Virus record (IMG/VR): IMGVR_UViG_3300025387_000068
Location: 1-24,960 of that record
Source of the DNA: a virus
Lineage: Duplodnaviria > Caudoviricetes
Reading direction: 5' to 3' (one strand)
DNA: 24,960 bases
Of this stretch, positions 6,401 through 14,506 are shown in pieces. The notes beneath the pieces are model-generated. The model saw only the letters and a list, made by a program, of their open reading frames with translations. It searched no databases and was not told where the DNA came from. The position numbers and the translations under genes were made by a program. Every line of letters begins with the position of its first letter. Positions within the stretch are counted from its first letter, which is position 1.

Positions 6401-8065
6401 TACGACAAGATCGTGCCGACATATCTGAACAAACTTGGTAAGCCACATGGCGTTCAAGTAGGACAGATGCCCATTGAATCTGGCGAAGAAATGGTTCCAG
6501 ATAACGCTGGGCTTGGCATGATCAGATCTGGTAATCCAAAGATTACACAACTCCACCACTTCCCAATCACTGAGCCAATGCGAGAGAAGATTCTCAAAGA
6601 AGGCTTACCACAGTACATGCGTGGTGGCATCATCCACAAAGCCGAAGGAGGCAACGTGCAACCAACACTGGCTCAAATGAAGATGGCGCTTTATCAGCGT
6701 CCTGAACTCCAACAAATCGGAGTAAACGAGGCGCCTAACATGACGCCTAAGATTTACATCCCACCTGTAAAGGATGAGTCAAACTACCCACCTCCCGGCG
6801 GCGTAGCAACCAAGAGCGGTATGCCTATCGGTGGAGTGGATCAAAACCAGCAACAGCCTGGACAACAGTTGATGGCTCAACAGCCTCCACAGGGCATGCC
6901 AGGAGCACCAGGACAGCCCCCAATGGGCGCACAGCAGGGTCAGCCTGCACCACAAGGACAAACGCCCCCTCAAGGCAATATGCTGTCCATGACGCCTCAA
7001 GGTCAAACCCTGCAAGCCTTGGGTGGTGCTCAGCCACAGTCGCAAGGATTGAAGGGCGGTGGTCAGCCAGATAAAGAGGAAAACCCGCTACTTGTTATGC
7101 ACAACATAAGCGCCAGAAAATTGGGCATGGCTGATAAATTAGGAGGATTGCCAGTACCAAGTTTGGCAATCGTTAATCCTGAGCATGGATTTCACAGTTT
7201 TGGTGATATATCTTTAATTGGTCACCCAGAGATGGCGTCTCCATCAAAAGAAAACCCGGTTTACGCATCGGACGTTTATTCGCCTAGATTTCCATCTTTA
7301 AATGATGAAGAAACAAAAATTTATAAAGGATTTACCCCTAGCGGAAAGCGTCGATACGTTCCATTAACACTTGAAAATGCCGTCAAAGCCATGAAAGGAA
7401 ATGTTCGTGGCGGTGAAAGCTGGAATTATGGTGCTGGCACTGTTCGATCTGGAATTACGCCTCAATTTAAAAATAAAGAGCAGATTAAGAAATCCCGCAA
7501 ACGAATCATTACCAGTCAAGAATTCAAGCCAATGGCTGAACAAACTCAAAATATGCTTTTTGAGCTTGCCGAAAAGTTCCATCCTCACTCAATTTATGGC
7601 GGAAACATGTTTCAGCATAGTAGTGATTTTTCTGACATGTTAAAAGAAGTTGGAACAAAAGGGATTCATCACATTCGTCAATGGTATAAGCCAACTTTGC
7701 CTCCAGAGTTGTTGCAAGAAGCTGGCGAGTATTTGCGTCATTTGCGAGACATGCCTACAGAATATTTTGAAGCCAAGCCGCAACGTGGCGTGCGTTTAAA
7801 TGAATTTGTTGGCGCAGTTGTTCCACATGAACAACACGAACAATTGGCGCCCCTTTTAAATAAACACGGCATTTCAAGAATTGAGACGTATCACGGAAAT
7901 ACAGAAGATGAAAAAATGAAAAATAGAGTTGATGCTTTGAAAAAATTCCAAGATCACTTCTTTTGTTATGGCGGAAAAGTTAGCAATAAGTCCCAACAAA
8001 AAACTACCGTTCATAAAAATATTGACACAATGCGACTTGCATTAACAAAGAAAAAGGCTAAATAA
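3488..8065 (+). CDS. Large polyvalent (multi-domain) protein, probable virion-packaged/ejected cargo: PcfJ-like domain, EEIQSDWHQ domain, Gln/Pro/Gly linker, C-terminal ART-like domain
   Basis: ATG 3488 after a GAGGG RBS is preferred over TTG 3437. Motifs are MGHSVRGY...VYSLVDAKGEPHVTIE...ITQIKGKSN (PcfJ-like), LLHLEEIQSDWHQEGR...PDAPFKK, and LVMHN...FGDISLI...YFEAKPQRGVRLNEFVGAVVP. It is coupled to portal by TAATG. Confidence 0.8.
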   Translation: MATNPTIARMMAELKDAAGNEPLDIVGNTKRNLQGAFNVVKNVPSNLQRMVTDPVAYAKSLPAPTGEQMMNMFQPGHVGGLAGVIKPTGGNWLNNSVENSLKTLLDERGIRPDKLKELKADLAEISALPNAAKKHDYVIRQIKDEIENSRIPNALNNWVERNLTNYVKKQMATPDDPVRKLAEEGITHMPANEIDYANAFMPESLAVKRMVAGFDPSDVGASNAAKGWERITDEMLNVGTAGQHTRPLTPTEIRQGYKSTVEDNPWLTKLDPATPIYYPENMSSLSRDLGFDHIMDVLREDVASGRIRPEQLNKVSMEQAVRRAYEYDQELAAKMNAERAAKREGLPVHKEYPEGYKWIELNKPGSFASESDAMGHSVRGYEPPVGHPDWVEGSGKMGHSGYGHGGWEGIKSGKAKVYSLVDAKGEPHVTIETKTKGVLDDNDFGQNDTRIVEGRGEFGERGYKTSDNQFFESYADAVDHEKMIQTPTAEELKQPSSITQIKGKSNAAPKEEYLPYVQDFVKSGNWSDVGDPQNAGLRRYGDVFNVNEQRAIKASGQPVPNHEYLTGEDIQRLHNIITPEGKRLKYDIKGNIVGAEEGSGYARGGKVHMSKGGDPSLDVMRLALTKHGMYSPLEKATMAVNRTKGTPAEFMAEASKQPGFRKEEVVDRKLHLPEQKMTKAELLAHLKKSPMPHVTENVLSDYGDDEYRLADLASQALYGQTYDEVMDDRNAMRKVDDWIKQNTAKYQDYQLPGGKKYREMLLQLPHFSESDELRMMELEADKRRSSYPQYWGMDGRQAQELAELKARKASMGDQYHSSHWQGHPNVIAHIRMSDRTGPNKEKLLHLEEIQSDWHQEGRKHGYKGQHTGEMAEYQKLLKQFEAGTLPADKYDHFYELQDNLGGGIEAERKSAVPDAPFKKNWHELALKHALHHAAKHGYHGIVITPGKEQAERYPRQNESEKVSQEHGMKTFYDKIVPTYLNKLGKPHGVQVGQMPIESGEEMVPDNAGLGMIRSGNPKITQLHHFPITEPMREKILKEGLPQYMRGGIIHKAEGGNVQPTLAQMKMALYQRPELQQIGVNEAPNMTPKIYIPPVKDESNYPPPGGVATKSGMPIGGVDQNQQQPGQQLMAQQPPQGMPGAPGQPPMGAQQGQPAPQGQTPPQGNMLSMTPQGQTLQALGGAQPQSQGLKGGGQPDKEENPLLVMHNISARKLGMADKLGGLPVPSLAIVNPEHGFHSFGDISLIGHPEMASPSKENPVYASDVYSPRFPSLNDEETKIYKGFTPSGKRRYVPLTLENAVKAMKGNVRGGESWNYGAGTVRSGITPQFKNKEQIKKSRKRIITSQEFKPMAEQTQNMLFELAEKFHPHSIYGGNMFQHSSDFSDMLKEVGTKGIHHIRQWYKPTLPPELLQEAGEYLRHLRDMPTEYFEAKPQRGVRLNEFVGAVVPHEQHEQLAPLLNKHGISRIETYHGNTEDEKMKNRVDALKKFQDHFFCYGGKVSNKSQQKTTVHKNIDTMRLALTKKKAK

Positions 8066-10503
8066 TGGCTAGAACACAAGACAATTTTCCAATCGAAGAA
8101 CAGGACGACGGCAGTGCTGTCGTTGACTTGCCAGAAATGGAAACTGAAGAGCAACCAGATGGCTCCGCCATTGTCCAAGTTGATGACGGCCCCGAGTTCA
8201 ATCCTGACTTCTACGACAACCTGTGCGACTCAATTGGCTCAGGTGAGTTGGGCACTCTGGCGTTCCGATACCTTGATCTTCTTGAGACCGACAAGGAAGC
8301 CCGAACACTGCGTGATAAGCAGTACGAGGAAGGCATCAAGCGCACTGGTATGGGCAACGATGCTCCTGGTGGCGCAACCTTCATGGGAGCTTCTAAGGTC
8401 GTTCATCCAGCCATGGCTGAAGGTTGCGTTGACTTCGCCGCCCGTGCCATCAAAGAACTGTATCCGCCAGATGGTCCAGTCAAGACCAAAGTCATTGGCA
8501 AGATGGACGAGATGAAGGCGGAGAAGTCTGAGCGTAAGCGTGACTTCCTGAACTGGCAAATCACTGAGCAAATTGAAGAGTTCCGTGACGAGCAAGAACA
8601 GTTATTGACTCAACTGCCTTTGGGTGGTTCGCAGTACTTCAAGTTGTGGTTTGATGAGCAAAAGAAACGCCCCGTGGTGGAGTTCTTGCCAATCGACCGG
8701 GTGATCCTTCCCTTTGCGGCGACTAACTTTTACACGGCAGAGCGTGCCGCGGAAGTTCACGAGATCACACAATTTGAGTTTGAGCGCCGTATTCGTGTTG
8801 GCATGTACCGTGACATCAACGTCGCCGCCGCCAGCATGAATCTGGAGCAGAACAAGGTCGAGCAAGCCAACAACAAGGTTGAAGGTAAACAGTTTGAAGA
8901 GAACAAAGACGGCATCCGTAAGGTGTATCACATCTACACCTACTTGGAGTTGACCGACGACAAAAACACAAAGGGGGAGTACGCACCGTACATCCTCATG
9001 ATCGATGAGTTGAGCAATCAAGTCGTTGGTCTGTACCGCAACTGGGAGGAAAAAGACGAGACCCGAACCAAACTGGATTGGGTCGTAGAGTTCAAATTCA
9101 TCCCTTGGAGAGGTGCATATGCGATCGGTTTGCCTCAACTTATTGGTGGGCTTAGTGCTGCTCTCACCGGTGCTCTCCGTGCTCTGTTGGATACTGCTCA
9201 TATCAATAACTCGGCAACAATGCTGAAGTTAAAAGGCGCCAAGATCAGCGGTCAGTCAGCACAGCCAGATGTGACTCAAGTGATTGAGATTGAAGGCGCT
9301 CCAGGCGTGCAGGACATTCGCCAAATTGCGATGCCCATGCCGTTCAATCCTCCAAGCGAAGTGCTATTCCAGTTGCTTGGATGGCTGGATCAAGCCGCCA
9401 AGGGCGTGGTCACCACCAGCGAAGAGAAGATTGCAGATGTCAATGCTCAGGCTCCAGTAGGAACCACCCAAGCGTTGATTGAGCAAGGTGCGGCAGTATT
9501 CTCGGCTATTCACGCTCGACTGCACGAATCTCAAGCCCGTGTTCTGAAAGTCTTGTGCCGTTTGAACCGTTGGCACTTTGATGAGATGAAGAAGGCGGAC
9601 GTCGTTACTGACTTGGAGATTGTCCGTGAAGACTTTAACAAGAACACCGACGTTGTGCCGGTCAGTGATCCGCACATCTTCTCCGAAACCCAGCGCATGG
9701 CTCAGAACCAAGCCGTGCTGGCTCTTGCAGAAAAGCACCCCGACCAATTCAATATGCCCAGTGTACTCAACCGAGTACTCAAGCAAATGAAGGTGCCAAA
9801 CATCAATGAATTGCTCAAAGACACACCAGCCCCTGAGCAACGCACCAGTGCGGACGAGAACGCCGCCATGCTCATTGGTCAGCCGTCTTATGCTTACCTG
9901 CAACAAGATCACATTGCTCACATTCAAGATCACCTGCAGTTCGCACTGAACCCATTCTTGGGTCAGTCGCCGTTTGCCGATCCGAACTATCTAAACAACC
10001 TGATCGAGCACCTGAAACAGCACATGACGCTGTGGTATCTGAACCGCTCGAATGGCTACGTGGAGAAGTCTATGGGGCATCCCGTGGACGACTACGAAGA
10101 CCCACGCCTTACATCAACGATCGACAAGGTGTACACGACTGTTGGCGCCCACGTTATGTTGGACACCAACCAAGTCTTTGGTCAGTTCCAGCAGGCACTG
10201 CAGATGATCATGCAGATGGCACAGCAACGCAAGAGCGCACCTCAGCCATTGCCGCCAGATGCGCAAGTGGTCAAAGACACCAACATGGCAGAGACACAGC
10301 GCAAGACGCAAGCAGACCAGCAACGGTCTCAATACGACCAAGCCAAGTTGCAGATGGACATGCAAAAGCATACCGAGGACAATCAGACAAAGATTGCGAT
10401 CGAGAACGCAAAATTGACGCACGAGACAATTCAAAATATTGCTCAGGCTCAACAACCCGCGGCACCCGCCGCACCTACAATGCCACCACCTCAAGGAGAA
10501 TGA
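8065..10503 (+). CDS. Portal protein
   Basis: 812 aa downstream of terL. It has a long helical core, a FIPWRGAYAIGL motif and a Gln-rich coiled-coil C-terminal extension, as in P22-like portals. Confidence 0.85.
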   Translation: MARTQDNFPIEEQDDGSAVVDLPEMETEEQPDGSAIVQVDDGPEFNPDFYDNLCDSIGSGELGTLAFRYLDLLETDKEARTLRDKQYEEGIKRTGMGNDAPGGATFMGASKVVHPAMAEGCVDFAARAIKELYPPDGPVKTKVIGKMDEMKAEKSERKRDFLNWQITEQIEEFRDEQEQLLTQLPLGGSQYFKLWFDEQKKRPVVEFLPIDRVILPFAATNFYTAERAAEVHEITQFEFERRIRVGMYRDINVAAASMNLEQNKVEQANNKVEGKQFEENKDGIRKVYHIYTYLELTDDKNTKGEYAPYILMIDELSNQVVGLYRNWEEKDETRTKLDWVVEFKFIPWRGAYAIGLPQLIGGLSAALTGALRALLDTAHINNSATMLKLKGAKISGQSAQPDVTQVIEIEGAPGVQDIRQIAMPMPFNPPSEVLFQLLGWLDQAAKGVVTTSEEKIADVNAQAPVGTTQALIEQGAAVFSAIHARLHESQARVLKVLCRLNRWHFDEMKKADVVTDLEIVREDFNKNTDVVPVSDPHIFSETQRMAQNQAVLALAEKHPDQFNMPSVLNRVLKQMKVPNINELLKDTPAPEQRTSADENAAMLIGQPSYAYLQQDHIAHIQDHLQFALNPFLGQSPFADPNYLNNLIEHLKQHMTLWYLNRSNGYVEKSMGHPVDDYEDPRLTSTIDKVYTTVGAHVMLDTNQVFGQFQQALQMIMQMAQQRKSAPQPLPPDAQVVKDTNMAETQRKTQADQQRSQYDQAKLQMDMQKHTEDNQTKIAIENAKLTHETIQNIAQAQQPAAPAAPTMPPPQGE

Positions 10504-10504
10504 C

Positions 10505-10651
10505 ATGGCAACTTCCGATCAAGAACAAAAGAGCATCAACGTGCCCCAGCATAAGCGCTTGGCACAAGGCGCTCCCGTTAACGGTCAAAGCATGAAAGAC
10601 GAAGGCAAGAAGCACCACGGCGGTGGCTTGTCTGGTGCTAAGAAAAAATGA
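10505..10651 (+). CDS. Small basic hypothetical protein (48 aa)
   Basis: AAGGAG RBS at the end of portal, then ATG 10505: MATSDQEQKS...KKHHGGGLSGAKKK. It is the in-frame 3' part of the 10439..10651 ORF. Confidence 0.7.
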   Translation: MATSDQEQKSINVPQHKRLAQGAPVNGQSMKDEGKKHHGGGLSGAKKK

Positions 10652-10827
10652 TTGAACAACTGATCCATAGGATCAAGGTACGTCAAGCAGAGTTGCAGAT
10701 TTCCCTGGCTCACGGGAATGCTCCAAACTGGGAGACGTACCAACGCATAGTTGGGACATACCAAGGGTTGCAAGACGCCATGGACATGATCGACAACATG
10801 CTGGACGAAGAAAAGAACCAGGATTGA
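10648..10827 (+). CDS. Small helical hypothetical protein (59 aa)
   Basis: Manual translation gives MIEQLIHRIKVRQAELQISLAHGNAPNWETYQRIVGTYQGLQDAMDMIDNMLDEEKNQD*. It has an ATGA overlap and fills the gap before groES. Not in the ORF track. Confidence 0.8.
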   Translation: MIEQLIHRIKVRQAELQISLAHGNAPNWETYQRIVGTYQGLQDAMDMIDNMLDEEKNQD

Positions 10828-10829
10828 TA

Positions 10830-10890
10830 GCCCCACTCCGGGGTGAGACCGCGCTGAAAAGCGCATAACGATGCACCTGAGATATGGTGT
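10830..10890 (+). promoter_or_regulatory. Structured 5' leader of the groES-like gene: three consecutive hairpins
   Basis: CCCC-ACTCC-GGGG (10831-10843), GCGCT-GAAA-AGCGC (10851-10864) and GCACC-TGAGATAT-GGTGT (10873-10890), immediately before the AGGAG RBS. Confidence 0.6.
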
Positions 10891-10902
10891 TTAGGAGTGA
10901 CG

Positions 10903-11358
10903 ATGAGTGAAGTGAAGAAGATCGTGGCTTTCGAGGCTACGAATGACACGCCTGATCCAGAGGACTTGGCGTGGGCTTTCCCTGACGTAAAGCCGGGGAT
11001 GGAACCGTTTGGAGGGCGCGTCATTGTGCAACTCCGCCGGATCAAAAAGAAGACAGGACGCATCGTTCTGGTTGAAGAGACCAAAGAGAACGAGAAGTGG
11101 AACAACATGATCGGTAAGGTCGTGGCTATTGGTCCGCTTGCGTACAAAAACCGCGACACCATGCAGTCATGGCCGGAAGGCTCATGGGCAGGAGTTGGCG
11201 ACTACGTTCGAGTCCCTAAATGGGGCGGCGATCGCTGGGAAATCAAAGACCCAACCGATCAAGAGAACGAAGACCCAGTGTTGTTTATGACTTTGAATGA
11301 TCACGAACTGATTGCCAAGGTTACGAGCAACCCACTTTCTTTTAAAGCCTACGTTTAA
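10903..11358 (+). CDS. groES: GroES/Cpn10-like co-chaperonin
   Basis: PFGGRVIVQ...KKKTGRIVL...GKVVAIGP...VGDYVRVPKWGG...LNDHELIAKV follows the Cpn10 pattern (PLxDRVLV / GxVVAVG / VGDxV / ExDILA). AGGAG RBS at 10893-10897. Confidence 0.85.
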   Translation: MSEVKKIVAFEATNDTPDPEDLAWAFPDVKPGMEPFGGRVIVQLRRIKKKTGRIVLVEETKENEKWNNMIGKVVAIGPLAYKNRDTMQSWPEGSWAGVGDYVRVPKWGGDRWEIKDPTDQENEDPVLFMTLNDHELIAKVTSNPLSFKAYV

Positions 11359-11368
11359 GGGGTAAAAA

Positions 11369-12355
11369 ATGGCAAAACAAGAGGATAAATCGGACGATTT
11401 AGCGGTTTTGGAGTCGCAAGACGGCTCTGCAACTGTTGATTTGCCCGAAAACATGCTTGACGGCATGGAAGACGACGGTCAAAAAGACGAAAAAGTCGAG
11501 AAATCACAGGGCGGAGACGTCAACGATGACGACACAGACCATCCCGATGATGATGACGAGCTTCGTGCGGCTAAACGCAACCGTCGCCGGGCTAAAAAAG
11601 ACCTGATTCGCAAGACCAATCAGGAAAAAGACCTTCGATTGAGCCAATTACAGCGTGAAAATGAAGAATTCAAGCGCCGTTTGAGCCAATTGGAGCGCAA
11701 CACCAAGTCAGAACAACTGGTGCGCATCGATAAAAGCATTGAAGACGCCCAAGTTCGCTTGGAATACGCCAAGATGAAGCTGGCAGAAGCCACTCAAGCC
11801 GGCGATGGACAAGCGATGGTGGAGGCTCAGACCTTGTGGCAGGCGGCTCAAGACGAATCTCGTCAATTAACCTCTATGCGCGCCCAAGCTGACCGTGAAT
11901 TGAAGCAACCACAACAGCAAGTTAACGTGCCAGACCCTGAAGTTCAGCGGTTAGCGGCTCAATGGATGCGCAAGAACAACTGGTACAACCCAGATGGCTC
12001 CGACAAAGACAGTCGGATCGCCAAAAAGATCGACGAGGTAATGTCTACGCAAGGCTGGAACCCAACCGACCCAGATTATTGGGATGAATTGACTAGCCGT
12101 TTGCAAAAAGAATTGCCTCACCGTTACAATGATTCCAATGACGACGATTCTCGTGATGTCAGACGACCAAGGAATGTTGTGGGAAGTGCAGGACGTGAGG
12201 CTTCAGCCGCTTTTGGGGGTTCTAACCGCTCCCAGTTCGTACTTTCGCCTGAAAGGGTGAAGGCTATGAAAGAGGCTGGTGCTTGGGACAATCCTGAACG
12301 CAAAGCAAAGATGATTAAGCAATTCATTGCTTATGACCGTGCAAACCGCAATTAA
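11369..12355 (+). CDS. Probable capsid scaffolding protein
   Basis: Acidic disordered N-terminus, long coiled coil and small C-terminal helical domain, located between portal and capsid genes. Confidence 0.65.
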   Translation: MAKQEDKSDDLAVLESQDGSATVDLPENMLDGMEDDGQKDEKVEKSQGGDVNDDDTDHPDDDDELRAAKRNRRRAKKDLIRKTNQEKDLRLSQLQRENEEFKRRLSQLERNTKSEQLVRIDKSIEDAQVRLEYAKMKLAEATQAGDGQAMVEAQTLWQAAQDESRQLTSMRAQADRELKQPQQQVNVPDPEVQRLAAQWMRKNNWYNPDGSDKDSRIAKKIDEVMSTQGWNPTDPDYWDELTSRLQKELPHRYNDSNDDDSRDVRRPRNVVGSAGREASAAFGGSNRSQFVLSPERVKAMKEAGAWDNPERKAKMIKQFIAYDRANRN

Positions 12356-12373
12356 ATCTAAGGGGAAAATATC

Positions 12374-12922
12374 ATGTCTGAATCTCGTTTAAAAAAATCT
12401 CTAGGTGCTGGTGGTCGCAATGATCGCTCAAGCGAGGACGCAAGCCGCCGCGCACCGGAAGATAAGTTCATTTCAAATCAGGAACGTCGCAAGATGTGGA
12501 GTGAGGAATGGACGCAATCAGCATTGCCAAAACTGCCCGACATGGACGGGTGGCACCTTTGCTGGCTTTCGACAACCAACAGCTACGACAGCATCGACAA
12601 GAGGATTCGCTTAGGCTACGTTCCCGTTAAATCGGATGAGTTGCCTGGGTACGAAGACTACAAAGTCAAATCTGGTGAGCACGTTGGGTACATCTCCTGC
12701 AACGAAATGTTGTTGTTCAAGTTACCTATGGACATCTACCAAGAGGTCATGGCTTTTCACCATCACGACAAACCTCGTGAGGAAGCTGAGAAGATTCGTG
12801 TCCAGGTGGAAAACCTTCAAGGTCAGCGTGACAGCAACGGACGTTCGTTGGCGAACATCGAAGGCGAAGGTATTGGCTCTCTTGATCAGCAACCCAACCG
12901 AACGCCCGTATTTTCGGGCTAA
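12374..12922 (+). CDS. Hypothetical head-module protein
   Basis: 182-aa ORF with AAGGGG RBS, in line with the head genes. Confidence 0.75.
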   Translation: MSESRLKKSLGAGGRNDRSSEDASRRAPEDKFISNQERRKMWSEEWTQSALPKLPDMDGWHLCWLSTTNSYDSIDKRIRLGYVPVKSDELPGYEDYKVKSGEHVGYISCNEMLLFKLPMDIYQEVMAFHHHDKPREEAEKIRVQVENLQGQRDSNGRSLANIEGEGIGSLDQQPNRTPVFSG

Positions 12923-12936
12923 CTAAGGAGTAAATT

Positions 12937-13533
12937 ATGAGTGCAACCTCTGCTCCGTTTGGCTTGCGTCCTGCGTTCCATCCTTCTGGTTTGGATCGCG
13001 CTCAGGCGCTGGCTGGCGGTATCGTTTCGGGATATAGCTCGAACATTCTTAAGGGTCAACCCGTTCAGTACGGTACGACTGCAAACAGCATCACCATTGG
13101 TACCATTGGTATCGCCGCCAACACTGGCGCATGGGCTGGTGCTTTCGCGGGTGTGCAATGGACTGACACGACTGGTCGTGCCCGTGTTTCTAACTACTGG
13201 CCTGCAAACACTGCGTACACCGCAGGTACTTGCACTGCTTATTTCTACAACGACCAAAACATCGTTTATGAAATTCAAGCCGATGGCTCGATGGCTCAAA
13301 CCACTATTGGTAACGAGTACAACTTCAGCAACATCGCCGCTGGTTCTACAACCACTGGCTTGTCGCAAGCAACCTTGGGCGCCTCCACTGCGGTGGGTAA
13401 CGGTCAACAAGGTCAAATGCGTGTTGTTGACTTGGCTCCCTATGTGGACAATGCCTGGGGCGATGCATACACAATCGTGCGCGTCGTGAACTCTAACTCG
13501 CAATTCTTCGGTGCTGTCACCGCGATTGCTTAA
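12937..13533 (+). CDS. Putative minor capsid/cement (decoration) protein
   Basis: TAAGGAG RBS, small-residue-rich beta-type composition, N-terminal APFGLRP, directly upstream of the major capsid gene. Confidence 0.6.
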   Translation: MSATSAPFGLRPAFHPSGLDRAQALAGGIVSGYSSNILKGQPVQYGTTANSITIGTIGIAANTGAWAGAFAGVQWTDTTGRARVSNYWPANTAYTAGTCTAYFYNDQNIVYEIQADGSMAQTTIGNEYNFSNIAAGSTTTGLSQATLGASTAVGNGQQGQMRVVDLAPYVDNAWGDAYTIVRVVNSNSQFFGAVTAIA

Positions 13534-13552
13534 TTTAAAGGGAGCATAGATT

Positions 13553-14467
13553 ATGGCCGCCCCAATGCGCAGTACGGACTTCCGTTCGATCGTTGAACCA
13601 ATCCTCAACGAATGTTTCGACGGAGTCTATGACCAACGTGCCGACGAATGGAGCCGTGTGTTCCGTGAAGAAGACGGCATTCCACGTAACTACCATGAAG
13701 AACCCGTCTTGTACGGTTTCGGTGCCGCACCTCAGTTACCTGACGGTACGCCCGTGACCTATCAACAAGGTGGTGTGCTCTTCTTGAAGCGCTACCTGTA
13801 CAAAGTGTACGGTTTGGCATTTGCTTTGACCAAAGTCTTGGTTGAAGACGGTGACCACATCCGTATCGGTCAGGTGTATGCACGTCACTTGGCTCAATCT
13901 CTGGTGGAAACCAAAGAATTGTTAGCCGCTAACGTGTTGAATACCGCTTTCAACAGCGCCTACCCAGGTGGCGACGGTGTGTCTTTGATAAACACCGCTC
14001 ACCCCATCGTGAACGGCACTTTCAGCAACCAATTGGCTACCGCCGCTAACCTGTCCCAGACTTCTCTGGAGCAGATGTTGATCCAAATCCGTCAGGCTGT
14101 GGACAACAACGGCAAGAAGATTCGTTTGGTTCCACGTCAATTGATCGTGGCTCCTGGCAACATCTTCCAAGCTGAAGTTCTGTTGAAGTCTGTGCTCCGT
14201 ACAGGCAACGCAAACAACGACATCAACCCTGTTAAGTCTATTGGCTTGCTGGACGAAGGTGCCGCTGTTCTGTCTCGTCTGACTTCGAGCACTGCATGGT
14301 GGGTTCAGACCGATGCTCCAGAGGGCTTCAAGCTCTTGATGCGTCGTCGTTTGGAGAAGACCATGGAAGGCGACTTCGAGACCGATTCGATGCGCTACAA
14401 AGCAACCGAGCGTTATGACCTCGGCTTCACTGACCCACGCTGTGCCTACGGTACTCCTGGCGTCTAA
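13553..14467 (+). CDS. Major capsid protein (HK97 fold presumed)
   Basis: 304 aa with strongly biased codons and capsid-like segments (GGDGVSLINTAHP, IRLVPRQLIVAP, YKATERYDLGFTDPR). Followed by an intrinsic terminator. Confidence 0.85.
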   Translation: MAAPMRSTDFRSIVEPILNECFDGVYDQRADEWSRVFREEDGIPRNYHEEPVLYGFGAAPQLPDGTPVTYQQGGVLFLKRYLYKVYGLAFALTKVLVEDGDHIRIGQVYARHLAQSLVETKELLAANVLNTAFNSAYPGGDGVSLINTAHPIVNGTFSNQLATAANLSQTSLEQMLIQIRQAVDNNGKKIRLVPRQLIVAPGNIFQAEVLLKSVLRTGNANNDINPVKSIGLLDEGAAVLSRLTSSTAWWVQTDAPEGFKLLMRRRLEKTMEGDFETDSMRYKATERYDLGFTDPRCAYGTPGV

Positions 14468-14474
14468 ACCAAAC

Positions 14475-14506
14475 AGGGGCTGGTCTAAAAAGCCAGCCCT
14501 TTTTTT
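14475..14506 (+). terminator. Rho-independent terminator after the major capsid gene
   Basis: GGGCTGG / CCAGCCC stem followed by TTTTTTT. Confidence 0.85.
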
